This document shows positions 1-10,900 of a DNA stretch of 64,000 nucleotides, piece after piece (the stretch's first letter is position 1; each line of letters starts with the position of its first letter). The DNA is from Candidatus Latescibacterota bacterium (GTDB lineage Bacteria; Latescibacterota; UBA2968), in contig OZ244960.1 in the NCBI GenBank assembly GCA_965222605.1, forward strand, positions 1,248,001 to 1,312,000, given 5' to 3'. The notes under the pieces are model-generated. The model did no database searches. It saw nothing but the letters and a program-made list of their open reading frames with translations, and was not told the DNA's origin. The position numbers were made by a program, and so were the translations under genes.

Positions 1-117
1 AACATCTACGACGTCCTCAAAAACAACGGCCAACTCCTCATCACACCCGCGCAGGTACGCCAACAAATCGCCGTGATGGAAGAATCCCATCGGCAAAATC
101 CACTTCCCACAAAATAA
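1..117 (+). CDS. 3' end of a gene entering the window, probably a Gfo/Idh/MocA oxidoreductase
   Basis: Frame 1 reads NIYDVLKNNGQLLITPAQVRQQIAVMEESHRQNPLPTK* with stop at 115-117; resembles the C-terminal helix of this family. Confidence 0.5.
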   Translation, partial: NIYDVLKNNGQLLITPAQVRQQIAVMEESHRQNPLPTK

Positions 118-138
118 GGTGCAGCAAAGGAAAACCCC

Positions 139-990
139 ATGAGCATCCCCATCTTAGACACCCATCAACACCTCATCTATCCGAGCAAATATCCCTATTC
201 GTGGACCGATGGCCTACCGCCACTCAAAGGCAATGCCTTCCACATCGAAGACTATTTGACCGTCACAAAAGGCAGCGGCATCACGCGCACCATTTTCATG
301 GAAGCCTCGCCCAATGACCCCCACTGGCATGACGAAACGCAATTTGTTTATGAACTATCCGAACAACCCAATGCCATAATCGAAGGCGTCATCGCCAACT
401 GCCGTCCCGAATCCCCCTCTAAATTTGAAGCCTATATCGAATCTGTCCAGCACCCCAAACTCGTCGGCTTCCGCCGCATCCTGCACACCATGCCCGACGA
501 CCTTTCCCAATCGGATCACTTCGCGGCAAACATCCGCCTCCTCAAAAAATTCAACCTCACCTTCGACCTCTGCTTCCGCGCCGACCAACTACCCATCGCC
601 CGCGATCTCGCGCAAAAATGTCCAAACGTCCAATTCATCCTCGACCACTGCGGCGTGCCGGATATTGCAAACAACGAGACAGATCCCTGGCGTGACCACA
701 TCGCGCAAATGGCCGCCCTCCCCAATGTCGCCTGCAAAATCTCGGGCGTCCTGGCTTACTGCGCCGAGGGAAATGCCACCACCGAAGCGGTACGCCCCTA
801 TGTAGAACACTGCATCGCCAGCTTCGGCTGGAATCGCGTGGTCTGGGGCAGCGACTGGCCCGTTTGCAACACGCGGTCTGATCTTCCAGCCTGGGTCCAA
901 ATATCGCGCGAAATCGTCGCCAATGCCGACGAGGCAGACCAAGAAAAACTCTTCCACAAAAACGCAGAACGCATCTACCTAAAAAAATAA
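139..990 (+). CDS. Amidohydrolase_2 family protein (L-fuconolactonase-like sugar lactonase)
   Basis: DTHQH metal motif, ILDHCGVP, CKISG, WGSDWPVC; AAGGA upstream. Confidence 0.85.
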   Translation: MSIPILDTHQHLIYPSKYPYSWTDGLPPLKGNAFHIEDYLTVTKGSGITRTIFMEASPNDPHWHDETQFVYELSEQPNAIIEGVIANCRPESPSKFEAYIESVQHPKLVGFRRILHTMPDDLSQSDHFAANIRLLKKFNLTFDLCFRADQLPIARDLAQKCPNVQFILDHCGVPDIANNETDPWRDHIAQMAALPNVACKISGVLAYCAEGNATTEAVRPYVEHCIASFGWNRVVWGSDWPVCNTRSDLPAWVQISREIVANADEADQEKLFHKNAERIYLKK

Positions 991-996
991 TAACGA

Positions 997-1794
997 TCAC
1001 CCAACACGCGCGCTCAATCCCCCATCCACCGGAAGCAAAACGCCCGTAATATACTTCGCCTCATCTGAAGCGAGGAATAACGCAGCGGCAGCCACATCCC
1101 AGGCCGACCCCATCTTTTGTTCAAGAGGCACCTGTGCAGCGCGCTCCTGGCGAAGCGCATCCCGGTTGACACCCTGATCTTGAACGCGGGATTCAATCGC
1201 CATAGGCGTATCCATCAGACCGGGCAAAATCGCATTTACCCGAACACCATAAGGCGCGTTTTCAAGCGCGAGACTCTGCGTGAGCGCATTGATCCCCGCC
1301 TTGGCGATTTTGTACGCAAGCGTCCTGGGGCGAAAGCACACAGACGCCGTAGAAGAAATATTGATAATAACGCCATTTTTCTGCGCGCGCATAACGGGAA
1401 GTACATATTTACAGGTCAGGAACAGCCCTTTGAGATTGATATCCATAAGTCTCTGCCAGTCTTCACTACTCAGGCCAACAGAACCACCGTCGCCCCTCAA
1501 CGTACCGACATTATTGTGCAAAATATCGATACGCCCATAGCGATGGACGCAAGTCTCGGCAATAGCCTGACAATCATCTTCAATTGTAATATCCGCGCCG
1601 AGTACATAAGCGATCCCATCCTCTTGTAAAATCATCCGCGCGGTCTCCCCAGCAGACGCGATGTCTTTATCTACCAGAAGCACCCGCGCCCCCGCCCTGG
1701 CAAAACGAATGGCCGTTGCCCGTCCATTGCCAATGGTCTCGCCCGCCGACTGCCCTGCGCCAACGACAATCGCTATTTTGTCTTTAAGCTGCAT
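997..1794 (-). CDS. Short-chain dehydrogenase/reductase (SDR)
   Basis: VVGAGQSAGETIGNG Rossmann motif, NNVG, YKIAK (YxxxK), VNAILPG, VDGG; start taken at MQLKDK. Confidence 0.9.
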   Translation of the reverse strand: MQLKDKIAIVVGAGQSAGETIGNGRATAIRFARAGARVLLVDKDIASAGETARMILQEDGIAYVLGADITIEDDCQAIAETCVHRYGRIDILHNNVGTLRGDGGSVGLSSEDWQRLMDINLKGLFLTCKYVLPVMRAQKNGVIINISSTASVCFRPRTLAYKIAKAGINALTQSLALENAPYGVRVNAILPGLMDTPMAIESRVQDQGVNRDALRQERAAQVPLEQKMGSAWDVAAAALFLASDEAKYITGVLLPVDGGLSARVG

Positions 1795-1796
1795 AT

Positions 1797-3044
1797 TCAC
1801 TCTACCGCGCACGCATGCACAACATCCGACGCCATATTGATAAACGTATTCCCTTCAATCACCGTTCCGCGCGCTTCTCGCTCGATCGCAATCCCCACCT
1901 TCTGCCTTTCTGCTCCCGTATCCTCAATCCGATTATCCCGAATCTCCACATTGTATGTCGTACCGCGAATCTCAATCCCATATCCATTCTCGGCAAAACC
2001 ATTATCGCGAATCACACACGAATGAATCGCATTCCTGTGCGCTCCTCGAAACTCGGATAAAGGCGTCCGAAACAAAATGCCGACCTTGTGATTACCCACA
2101 ATCTCGCAATTGACAATGCGGTTATCCGTATCTCTGTGCCCAATTGAAATACCAAAATCCCGATTGTCCAAACACGCGCAATCCTCGGCGATGCCATCCG
2201 ACACCCCCCAACAAAAGAAAATACCCTGACTATTGCCCGTTGACCGACACAGACGAAACTGCGGCCGCTGCGATCCACTTCCCGGATGAAACCCCAGATT
2301 GGCATTGTTCTTCGACACACAATTTTCAAAAACAAAATCATCACAAACCTGAAAACTGAACCCATCGCCATTGTAATTGCGCGCCGTCACATTCCGAAAC
2401 GTATAGCGGTGGCAACGCTGCAAAAACACCGCACCTGAATAATTCCCATTGATCTCTTCATTCTCTTCCATATTGCCATCCAGAACTATATTTTCAATAT
2501 TTACATCGCAAACCCCTTCTTCCGCCGTCAAAATGGGGAAAATCGTCGCCAGCGTCGCCCGTTCATCCAACCACATATTTTTATACACGCGCTTGCTAAG
2601 CGAAATCACCCGCCCCTCAATCGCCGTCACAGTATCTTTCACCACCGTCATCCCGGACTTGCCATAAGACCGCAACATCACCCCGCATCCCACGCTGAAC
2701 CCGCTTGTGTCCTCCACCTCAACCTGCGCCTCATACCAATCGGAATCCCGCACCAAAGGGGTAACAACCCCCTCCGCCTTCTTCAGCACCGTCGCACTAC
2801 CCAACCCGCGCACAGTCAAATTTGGATGCAAATAAAGCGCGTTGCGCATCGTATATATCCCCGGCAAAATCTGCAAAACACCGCCGCCCAGACGGTGCAA
2901 ATAATCCACACCAGCCTGCAAAATCCTATCATCGCCCCCCTGCAAATCCCCCTCGCCCTGCCCCACCGTCAACACCATATCCCGCCGTGTTGTCATAGGC
3001 CGATTAGCAGAAAAATCCGACATGTCGAAGCTCCTCAAATTCAT
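1797..3044 (-). CDS. Right-handed parallel beta-helix protein (pectin-lyase-like fold)
   Basis: LQAGVDY...GGGVLQILPGIY N-terminal motif; repeated Asn-ladder units (NNANLGF, GNSQGIF, DNRDFGI, GNHKVGI). Confidence 0.8.
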   Translation of the reverse strand: MNLRSFDMSDFSANRPMTTRRDMVLTVGQGEGDLQGGDDRILQAGVDYLHRLGGGVLQILPGIYTMRNALYLHPNLTVRGLGSATVLKKAEGVVTPLVRDSDWYEAQVEVEDTSGFSVGCGVMLRSYGKSGMTVVKDTVTAIEGRVISLSKRVYKNMWLDERATLATIFPILTAEEGVCDVNIENIVLDGNMEENEEINGNYSGAVFLQRCHRYTFRNVTARNYNGDGFSFQVCDDFVFENCVSKNNANLGFHPGSGSQRPQFRLCRSTGNSQGIFFCWGVSDGIAEDCACLDNRDFGISIGHRDTDNRIVNCEIVGNHKVGILFRTPLSEFRGAHRNAIHSCVIRDNGFAENGYGIEIRGTTYNVEIRDNRIEDTGAERQKVGIAIEREARGTVIEGNTFINMASDVVHACAVE

Positions 3045-3119
3045 AAGTTATCTCACACGCACAAATCCAAAGATAAGAATGGATTATCCTGCATCCAAAG
3101 ACAATGTGTAATGTCAGAT

Positions 3120-3156
3120 AAAAAACAAAAAGCTCCGGTACAACACCAGAGCTTTT
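3120..3156 (-). terminator. Intrinsic terminator downstream of the DUF1585 remnant
   Basis: Minus strand AAAAGCTCTGGT-loop-ACCGGAGCTTTT followed by T-rich tail. Confidence 0.6.
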
Positions 3157-3182
3157 CTGTTCCACTTGTCCAGAAAACGCGA

Positions 3183-3367
3183 CTATTTGGTCAAGAACGG
3201 CTCACTCGTTACCACGAGCAGGATCAGATCTTTCAGACCATAGCCCTGTGATTTCAACTCATGTACGATGCGTTCTACCTCGGCGCGGTCGGTGGCTTCC
3301 AATGTGCGACCTGTCGCATAGGTCAGCATCTTTTCGGTCAGGCAGTGGGCAAATTGATCCTTCTTTT
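3183..3367 (-). pseudogene. C-terminal remnant of a DUF1585-type domain (DUF1592/DUF1588/DUF1585 protein), truncated by the IS
   Basis: Hand translation: KKDQFAHCLTEKMLTYATGRTLEATDRAEVERIVHELKSQGYGLKDLILLVVTSEPFLTK*; matches the remembered DUF1585 pattern (EKxLTYAxGR...GY...SxxF); 5' part replaced by the IS end. Confidence 0.7.
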
Positions 3368-4560
3368 CAATACCTTCGCCAAAAAAGTATAGTTAAAGGC
3401 CATCTCTGCGTGTATGTTTAAAGCATTTTTTGGATTCCTCGGCCTGCTATATTTTGGCTGGCGATGAGGTTGTAGTGACCAAATCAGGGAAGCAGACCTA
3501 TGGTTTAGGTCGGTTTTTCTCGTCGCTTTACAAGCGTGCCGTGCCCGGCGTATGCTTTTTTTCATTCGCGCTGATCAATACACAGACGCGGCGTGCCTAT
3601 CCTGTGCTATGCCAACAAGTGCTATCGGATAAAGATAAGGATGAACAGACCACCCCGTCAAAGAAAAAGCAAGCAGAAGCAGAAAAAGCCTCAAAAAGTC
3701 CCAAGAGGAAGCCCGGCAGACCCAAAGGGAGCAAGAATAAAGACAAAAGAAACCCCGACTTGTCACCCTATTTGCGCTTTATCCAGACCCACCTTAAAGG
3801 ACTCATACAACGCATGGGCACAGCCTTACCTTTCACCTATCTCGTCTTGGACGGTGCCTTTGGACACAATGATGCCCTCCAAATGACCCGACAATGCAAG
3901 ATGCATCTCATCTCCAAACTCAAAAGCAACTCGGCCTTGTATTTCCCCTATCAAGGCCCTCAAAAAGAGAGAGGCCAAAGACGCATATACGGCGATAAAA
4001 TAGATTACGACAACATACCGCATACCGATTTGAAAAACACAACCTATCAACAGGCCATTCAAACCCAAATTTATCACCTGATCTTGCGACATCAAAGCTT
4101 TGCCGACCCCATAAATGTCGTGCTCATCGTCAAAACGCATCTCGAAACACACAGAAAAGCCCACGTTGTCTTATTCAGCAGTGATCTTAACCTATCCTAT
4201 GAGACACTCATGGACTACTACGCTTTGCGCTTTCAAATTGAGTTCACCTTCCGCGATGCCAAGCAGTTTTGGGGCTTGGAAGATTTTATGAACATCACAC
4301 AAACTGCCGTCCATAATGGCGCCAATCTCGCTTTCTTCATGGTCAATATCGCACACATTATCCTGCAAAATGTGCGACAAGACACCGGCATAACCGATTG
4401 GAGTGTCCAAGACCTCAAGGCGCGGTTCACTGGCCTAAAATATGTCCGCGAAACATTAAAATTGCTTCCGAAAAAACCACATCCTATTTTTATTCGCCAT
4501 ATTAACACACATATCGCCACATTAGGGGCTATTCGCGCCGCTTAAATGGCGAAGGTATTG
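3368..4560 (+). mobile_element. Insertion sequence (DDE transposase, IS701/IS4-like), 1193 bp
   Basis: Perfect 14-bp terminal IRs CAATACCTTCGCCA (3368-3381) and TGGCGAAGGTATTG (4547-4560) enclosing a transposase; no obvious target duplication. Confidence 0.85.
3430..4545 (+). CDS. DDE transposase, probably N-terminally truncated
   Basis: LAGDEVVV (D1), LVLDGAFG (D2), YALRFQIEFTFRDAKQ (YREK-type); in-frame TAA at 3394 and only a TTG start shortly before D1. Confidence 0.8.
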   Translation: MDSSACYILAGDEVVVTKSGKQTYGLGRFFSSLYKRAVPGVCFFSFALINTQTRRAYPVLCQQVLSDKDKDEQTTPSKKKQAEAEKASKSPKRKPGRPKGSKNKDKRNPDLSPYLRFIQTHLKGLIQRMGTALPFTYLVLDGAFGHNDALQMTRQCKMHLISKLKSNSALYFPYQGPQKERGQRRIYGDKIDYDNIPHTDLKNTTYQQAIQTQIYHLILRHQSFADPINVVLIVKTHLETHRKAHVVLFSSDLNLSYETLMDYYALRFQIEFTFRDAKQFWGLEDFMNITQTAVHNGANLAFFMVNIAHIILQNVRQDTGITDWSVQDLKARFTGLKYVRETLKLLPKKPHPIFIRHINTHIATLGAIRAA

Positions 4561-4797
4561 TTCAAGAGCGGATCATTTATGCAATAAGTAGCATAAGGGA
4601 AGTCTGCGATTGATAAACGGCTGTTTGTGGCCTGAATAAAGGCTCTGTAAGTCCTATGTTTATTTGTATCGGGACAGAATTCGGAATTCGGCAACAGCAT
4701 CCAAAGCGGGGTAACTCCACATTCGTGGCGTAAGTCATGCCCCATATATAGAGAGTTTTCCATTCTCTGCAAGAGACAAGTTGTCCACTAAAATAGT

Positions 4798-4938
4798 TCA
4801 ATCCGTCCACGTCACCGTTACAGTGAATGTTTGGCTGGATGGTACCCCCTCATCAGGGGTCACTGTCACTGTGATCATTGCATTGCTCGCACTCATTGGC
4901 GTGATTGCCACGACTGAACCTACCTGGTCCACCACCAC
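4798..4938 (-). pseudogene. Out-of-frame half Ig-like domain at the 3' end of the giant gene
   Basis: VVVDQVGSVVAITPMSASNAMITVTVTPDEGVPSSQTFTVTV resembles DVSGSVVTITPVAEGTATITVIARDVAGSNQTAEQTIAVTV in the 1273-aa ORF. Confidence 0.55.
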
Positions 4939-7900
4939 ACCCTCACGGGAATGGTCTGCGTAGCCGTTGTGCCATCCGTAGAGGTCGCTGTCACTATGAT
5001 CTGGCACTCCTTTATAAAAGGTTGTATCACCAGATCAGGGGGAACCTCGCTCGTCGCCTGGATTGTCACGTTTGAACCGCGCACTCTCACCGTGGCAACG
5101 TCTTCATCGGATGACGTTGCGCTGTAGGCGTCTATACGCTTGTTATACTTCACTTCGAAGTAGTCCGACATGTCCACAGTTGCCTCACTACTGAACCCTG
5201 GAAATGGCGATCTCACATGTAGGAGCACCCTATCAATGCTGTTCTTAGACAAAACAGTTGGCACTGAAAGCAACCACGTACCTTTAAGTGTTTGCCACTC
5301 TGATTTAAGATTATCAAGCCAAGCCGGAACGTTACCAAGACGCAATTCGAGTTGTGCTTCAAAAAGCGATTCGGGTTTAACCGCGCTGCCGTTGGATTCG
5401 AGAACTTCGAGGGTGCTTTCTCTAAAACTGGCTGAATCGCCGTGAAAACCAACAATAATAGGTTTCACATAATAACCATAACTTCCAGAACTCGGCCAAA
5501 AATTATAATATTTTTCACTACTGACATCATGCGTGAAATTCCAGATCACCAGATGCCTGTAGTGGTTTGGCATATCCTTTTCAGCACCACCACTTCCGTC
5601 CAGTTTGCCGCGATTAATGCGATCATACAGATTGGCATAGGGTCGGGAAGCATGGCAATCAATTGGCTGATCTCTACTCTGATCAGCACGCCAATAAACA
5701 TCACCAGTCGTGGAAGACATCACATTTATGCCATGGATGTGATCTGCGAGGTCTTCTACAAGCCCAAACCATATACCGTAATTACCCACAGACCTCATAG
5801 AATAATGGGCATCATTGCCTGCTGTCGTGACCTGATAAACGGAGATGGCTGCACTATCCTTAACTTGAAGAGCGCGATTGACGTTGACAAAGGAGAGACG
5901 CCGCGCCCAAGAATTGACGCATCCGCGAAACAAGACCAAACTCCAGCCACTATTATGCCTGTCATTTTTGTGATGTTCAAAATCCTCCAACCACGAACCG
6001 TGAAAACTGATGTCTTCAACCCCAACTTCCTCGAGAAGAGGCGAATAGTCCCGCACCGTCCAACCATGATCTGCTTCGATCCGAAGGGTATGTATAGGTT
6101 CATTCAGGCGCACCCGATTGTCCCGAATTTCGGCAATGCTGTGCTTTTCAGTCACAGCAACGTCACCCCATGAGTCGCGTTTCGAATATGGGGCAAAAAA
6201 CTCATTAGTGACTGTGTTACTTCTCATACTCAGCACAATCCACTGATCCACCCTGAGTTGGGACGTGTTCGCCACTGTGATCCAGAAGGTTTCTCGAGCA
6301 GCATCTTCTGTAATCCTGGCTAACTCGGTGCTCGTCTCGTTCCATTTTACCCAGTAACTGTGCGGCCAATTAGAGGGCTTAAAAGTGAACATATAGGGAT
6401 TTGTGTAAAGTGTACCGGGAATGGATGGGGGCAGGTGGTTTACCTGTCGTATGACCGTGCCTCCACTTTCACGGCCGCTTCCCCTCAGAACGATATTACT
6501 CTTGCCAATGTAGATGGGTTTGTTGATCATATTGCCTTCGCCATCATCTTCTTTATCAGTATTGGTACTGACCAAAAATTCACCGGGTGGAAAAAAGATA
6601 ATACCACTGCCGTTGGCCTCTGCCGCATCAATGGCAGCCTGAATAGCACTCTGGTCAGACATATTATCATTGGGTACAGCACCATAATCTGTGACGGCGA
6701 ACTGTTGATGCGTGACATTGGGAACAGGTCTTTCAAAATAGTGATATCCCGAGTAGGAAAAATCGGGTAAAATGGGTTGTCTCTTATTCTTTTTGGCCTC
6801 CATAAAATCTGCCCAGGTGAACGATATATCATCTGCTGAAACCGAATGGTTTTGCGCCCATTCTCTGGCGAGTACCTCTTTTTCACGCTGATTGCCAAAT
6901 TCCTCCCAAGTAACACTTTCATCACCATTGAAGTCCGCTTTCAAGACGGGTAATTGGTCCGATGTCCCAAAGGTCCAGGGGGCGTCAGTGTTACCATCAT
7001 TATCTACATCTTCATCGTCCCAGGTCACGTAAATGGTCGGGTTCGCATCGGTCGGAGATCTCATCTCTGATAGCCACTTCCGCCATATTTCTATTGCTGT
7101 TCCATCACCAACGCCATCCGATCTGTAGCCATTTCTTTCCTGCCAGTAGTTGTCGCTAAAAGTTGTTCCTGAACGGGGATCACTCGCCCCGCCGAAAAAT
7201 CCACCAACACGACCACTCCTATTATCCCACACCCTACAAGTCGTGTAGCATATTCTGACGGTGCCAGTATCATTGTTCCACCCAACTAAACCACCAGCGT
7301 TCCTTGAGGTATTCACTATCCCCGTTGAATAGCATGCCATCAAAGTACCGTCATTCTGCCCAACCAGCCCACCTCCGTTCTCGGCATTGTCCACACTCAC
7401 ATTTGCATAGCTCGTGTAAATTCTGCCTTCGTTAAACCCTACCAGACCACCAACCACCCCACCACCCCCCACTTGTCCCGTCACATAACACACAAAAACC
7501 TTACCAGTCATATGACCGACCAAGCCACCAACCCATTGGCGGCCCGTCACATTGACCCCGACGAGTCCCACGTTTTTGATCTCGCCTGACGACTTGCCAA
7601 ACAAACCTGCTTCGTAGCTGTCTCGTTGAATGAACAGATGGGAAATGGTATGACCATTCCCGTGAAACGTAGTCGTGAATAAGTCTGAAGCGGTCCCTAT
7701 TGGCTCCCATCCATCACTTGATTTTATGGTCCAATCTGTGTTCACACTCCCTGAAGCATAGCTATCTGAGTCATTGAAATCCAAATCCTTCGTTAGTTCG
7801 TAGCCCGTGCAGATAGACGGACAGCCCATCCCAGAAGGCGCAAGGGGAAATGCCAAATCATAACTATTCGCATTGTTCGCATCGTCAACTGCGCCGTTAC

Positions 7901-10900
7901 CATCCAGGTCATAGCGGATGGCGTTTAGCTGCTCCAGGTTGGATACCTCAATGAGGCCATCATCGTCATCGTCGTAGTCGTCAAATAACGTCGCTCCTTC
8001 CAGTTCAGACCATTCTCCCTGCCCTTCTCCATTCGTTGCCCGCACCTGAACATCATATTCCGTAGCTGCATCCAAATCAATGAGTGTCAAGTACGCAGCC
8101 TTACCTGTATAATTCCCATTAGAAAACACACCCAATCTACGGAATCTATATTGCACTTCGTAATCGGCAATATCAGCCCAATGAATTGTATTTGTAACAT
8201 CGTCCGTCCAATATATCCTATACCTTCCGCCATCGAGAACAATATCCTGCGAAGATAAAAGTTCTGAGGTAATAAAATCTTCAACATTGCTTCCGTCAAG
8301 ATCAGCACGCCGAATTACATTTCTATTGCTACGGTCCGTCCAATACACCTTATCCCCGAACAAGTCCAATGCAATTTTATCTGCATTTATTCTACCTGAT
8401 CCGCCCGCATCGTTGCTCATAACAATATCTTCGATATTACTCCCATCAAGGTCAGCACGTCGAACTTTCCGATCAATATGATTATTCGTCCAGTAAATCT
8501 TGCCCCCTGAAACATCCAACGCAATATCCCGTGGAAAACCAACATCAAGGATAATTTCACTATTACTCCCATCAAGGTCGGCACGTCGAACACCATTCAC
8601 GATGTTCAAACCCTCGCTATGTGTCCAATAAATCTTGCCCCCTATAATATCCAATGCGATGTTCGCCACAACAGTTGGCCACCCTGTAGGCACAATATCT
8701 TCGATATCGCTTCCGTCAAGGTCAGCACGTCGAACTTTACCCGCTTCTGTCCAGTAAATCTGGCCCCTTACAAAATCCACCGCAATGTCTCCAGGACTAT
8801 TCAACCCCGTAGTAATAATGTTTTCAATATTGCTTCCGTCAAGATCAGCGCGTTGTATTCTGCTTCCGCCACTATCTATCCAATATATTTTATTTTTCAA
8901 CAAATCCAACGCAAGATCACGCGGCTCAGCCAGCGGAGTAGATAACTCATACGCCATAGCCATCATCAAGCTATTCCAAGTTGACCCCGTTACCTTCAGT
9001 TCACTAAGCGCAGGTGCCGTCACATCCGAAACAGTAACGGTAATCGCCTGTTCTGTCGTCAATGATTGATCCCCTAAATTATTTGTCGCCGTGACCTCAA
9101 CGATATATGAGTTATCCATATTATCATCCGACGCCATTTCATAGTCCGGTGCAGTCTTGAAGGTCAACAAATCTATATCTGAAAAAAATGAAAACTTATC
9201 CGCATCAACTCCACCCGTAATGGCGTAACTACTCGCATTACTCGCGGATACTATACCCACAAAAGGATTGTTTTCACCTACATCAAAACTCGTAACATTG
9301 AAAGACGGCGAAACCCTTTCTCTCGTCATACCTTCACCCGATTGAGACCATCCACCCTCCGCTTCCGAACTCACTACACGCACCTGTATATCATACTCAG
9401 TATTGCCATCCAAACCTACAATCGTCATAGTGTTATCCGTACCCATATAATCCGCATCGGCAAATGTATTCGCCCCACTAATGCTATATTGCACATCATA
9501 GTCAATATCAAGATCAGCACGTCCAATCTTACGCGTCCCACCATCCGACCAGTATATCTTGTTCCCCGCAACATCCAACGCGATACCCCGTGGATTATCC
9601 AACCCCATAGTGATAACATCTTCAACATTGCTCCCGTCAAGATCAGCACGTCCAATCTTACGCGTCCCACCATTCGACCAGTATATCTTGTTCCCCGCAA
9701 CATCCAACGCGATACCCCATGGATTATCCAACCCCATAGTGATAACATCTTCAACATTGCTCCCGTCAAGATCAACTTTCCGTATCTTATCTGTCCCAAC
9801 ATCCAACCAGTATATCTCACCATGCAATATATCCAACGCGATACCCCGTGGATTATCCAACCCCATAGTGATAACATCTTCAACATTGCTCCCGTCAAGA
9901 TCAGCATACCGAATCTTATTTGCATTACTATCCGTCCAATATATTTTTCCCCCTGCAATATCCAATGCAATACCCTTCATAGAACCCGACGTAACAATAG
10001 TTTCCACATTACTCCCATCAAAATCGGCTCTCTGTATTCTATTCGGACTGGTCTCCGCCCAGTATATCTTCTCCTCAGAAGTATCCAACGCAATATCCAG
10101 TAGATATCTATCACCGATAACCTCTTCAACATTACTCCCATCAAAATCAGCTCTCCATATTCCCGATAATCCGTCCGCCCAGTATATCTTCTCCTCAGAA
10201 GTATCCAACGCAACCGCAAGCAACCCCTGAGCCTGAGAATCAAATTCAAATTTTGCGGTCTCCCATGTTACCGTCACACTGCTTGGCGTTGTCTCCGTAA
10301 CTATTGGGGCATTCGGTATCTCCGGCACATGGCGCACATCCACAACGACAACTTCAATCGTATCCGTCGCGGTCAGTGTCCGAACACCCGCACCACTTGT
10401 CGCCATAACCACCACTATATATTCATTGTCTTCTACACCACTAACAGGCATAATGCTTTCAACATCTGTGGGTAACTCATAATTTGGAGCAACTTTAAAT
10501 CGTAATGCACCTGTACCTGAAACAATTGAGAAATGGTCTTGATCAGCACCGCCAACAATCGCATAACCTGTAACGCTATCCTCACTATCAGCATCATCAG
10601 CGACGACTACACCCACATTTATCTTATTTTCCAGTATGTCGAACCTCGCGATACTGGTGAAAGACGGTGCGCTGTTCTGCGTTGTTATCCCTTCAACTGT
10701 ATCTGACCACGCACCTGTACCTTCATCATTCTCTGCGCGCACCTGTATATCATAGCCCTTGTTCTGCGCCAAGCTACTAATCGTGTATTCAAGACTGCCA
10801 CTTGTCCAGGCATCTGTAACCACTGTCCACCTGGTATCATCTGCTTTATCTGTTGCACTTGCATTACTGGGAATATGGCGCACATCATAGGCACTGATCG

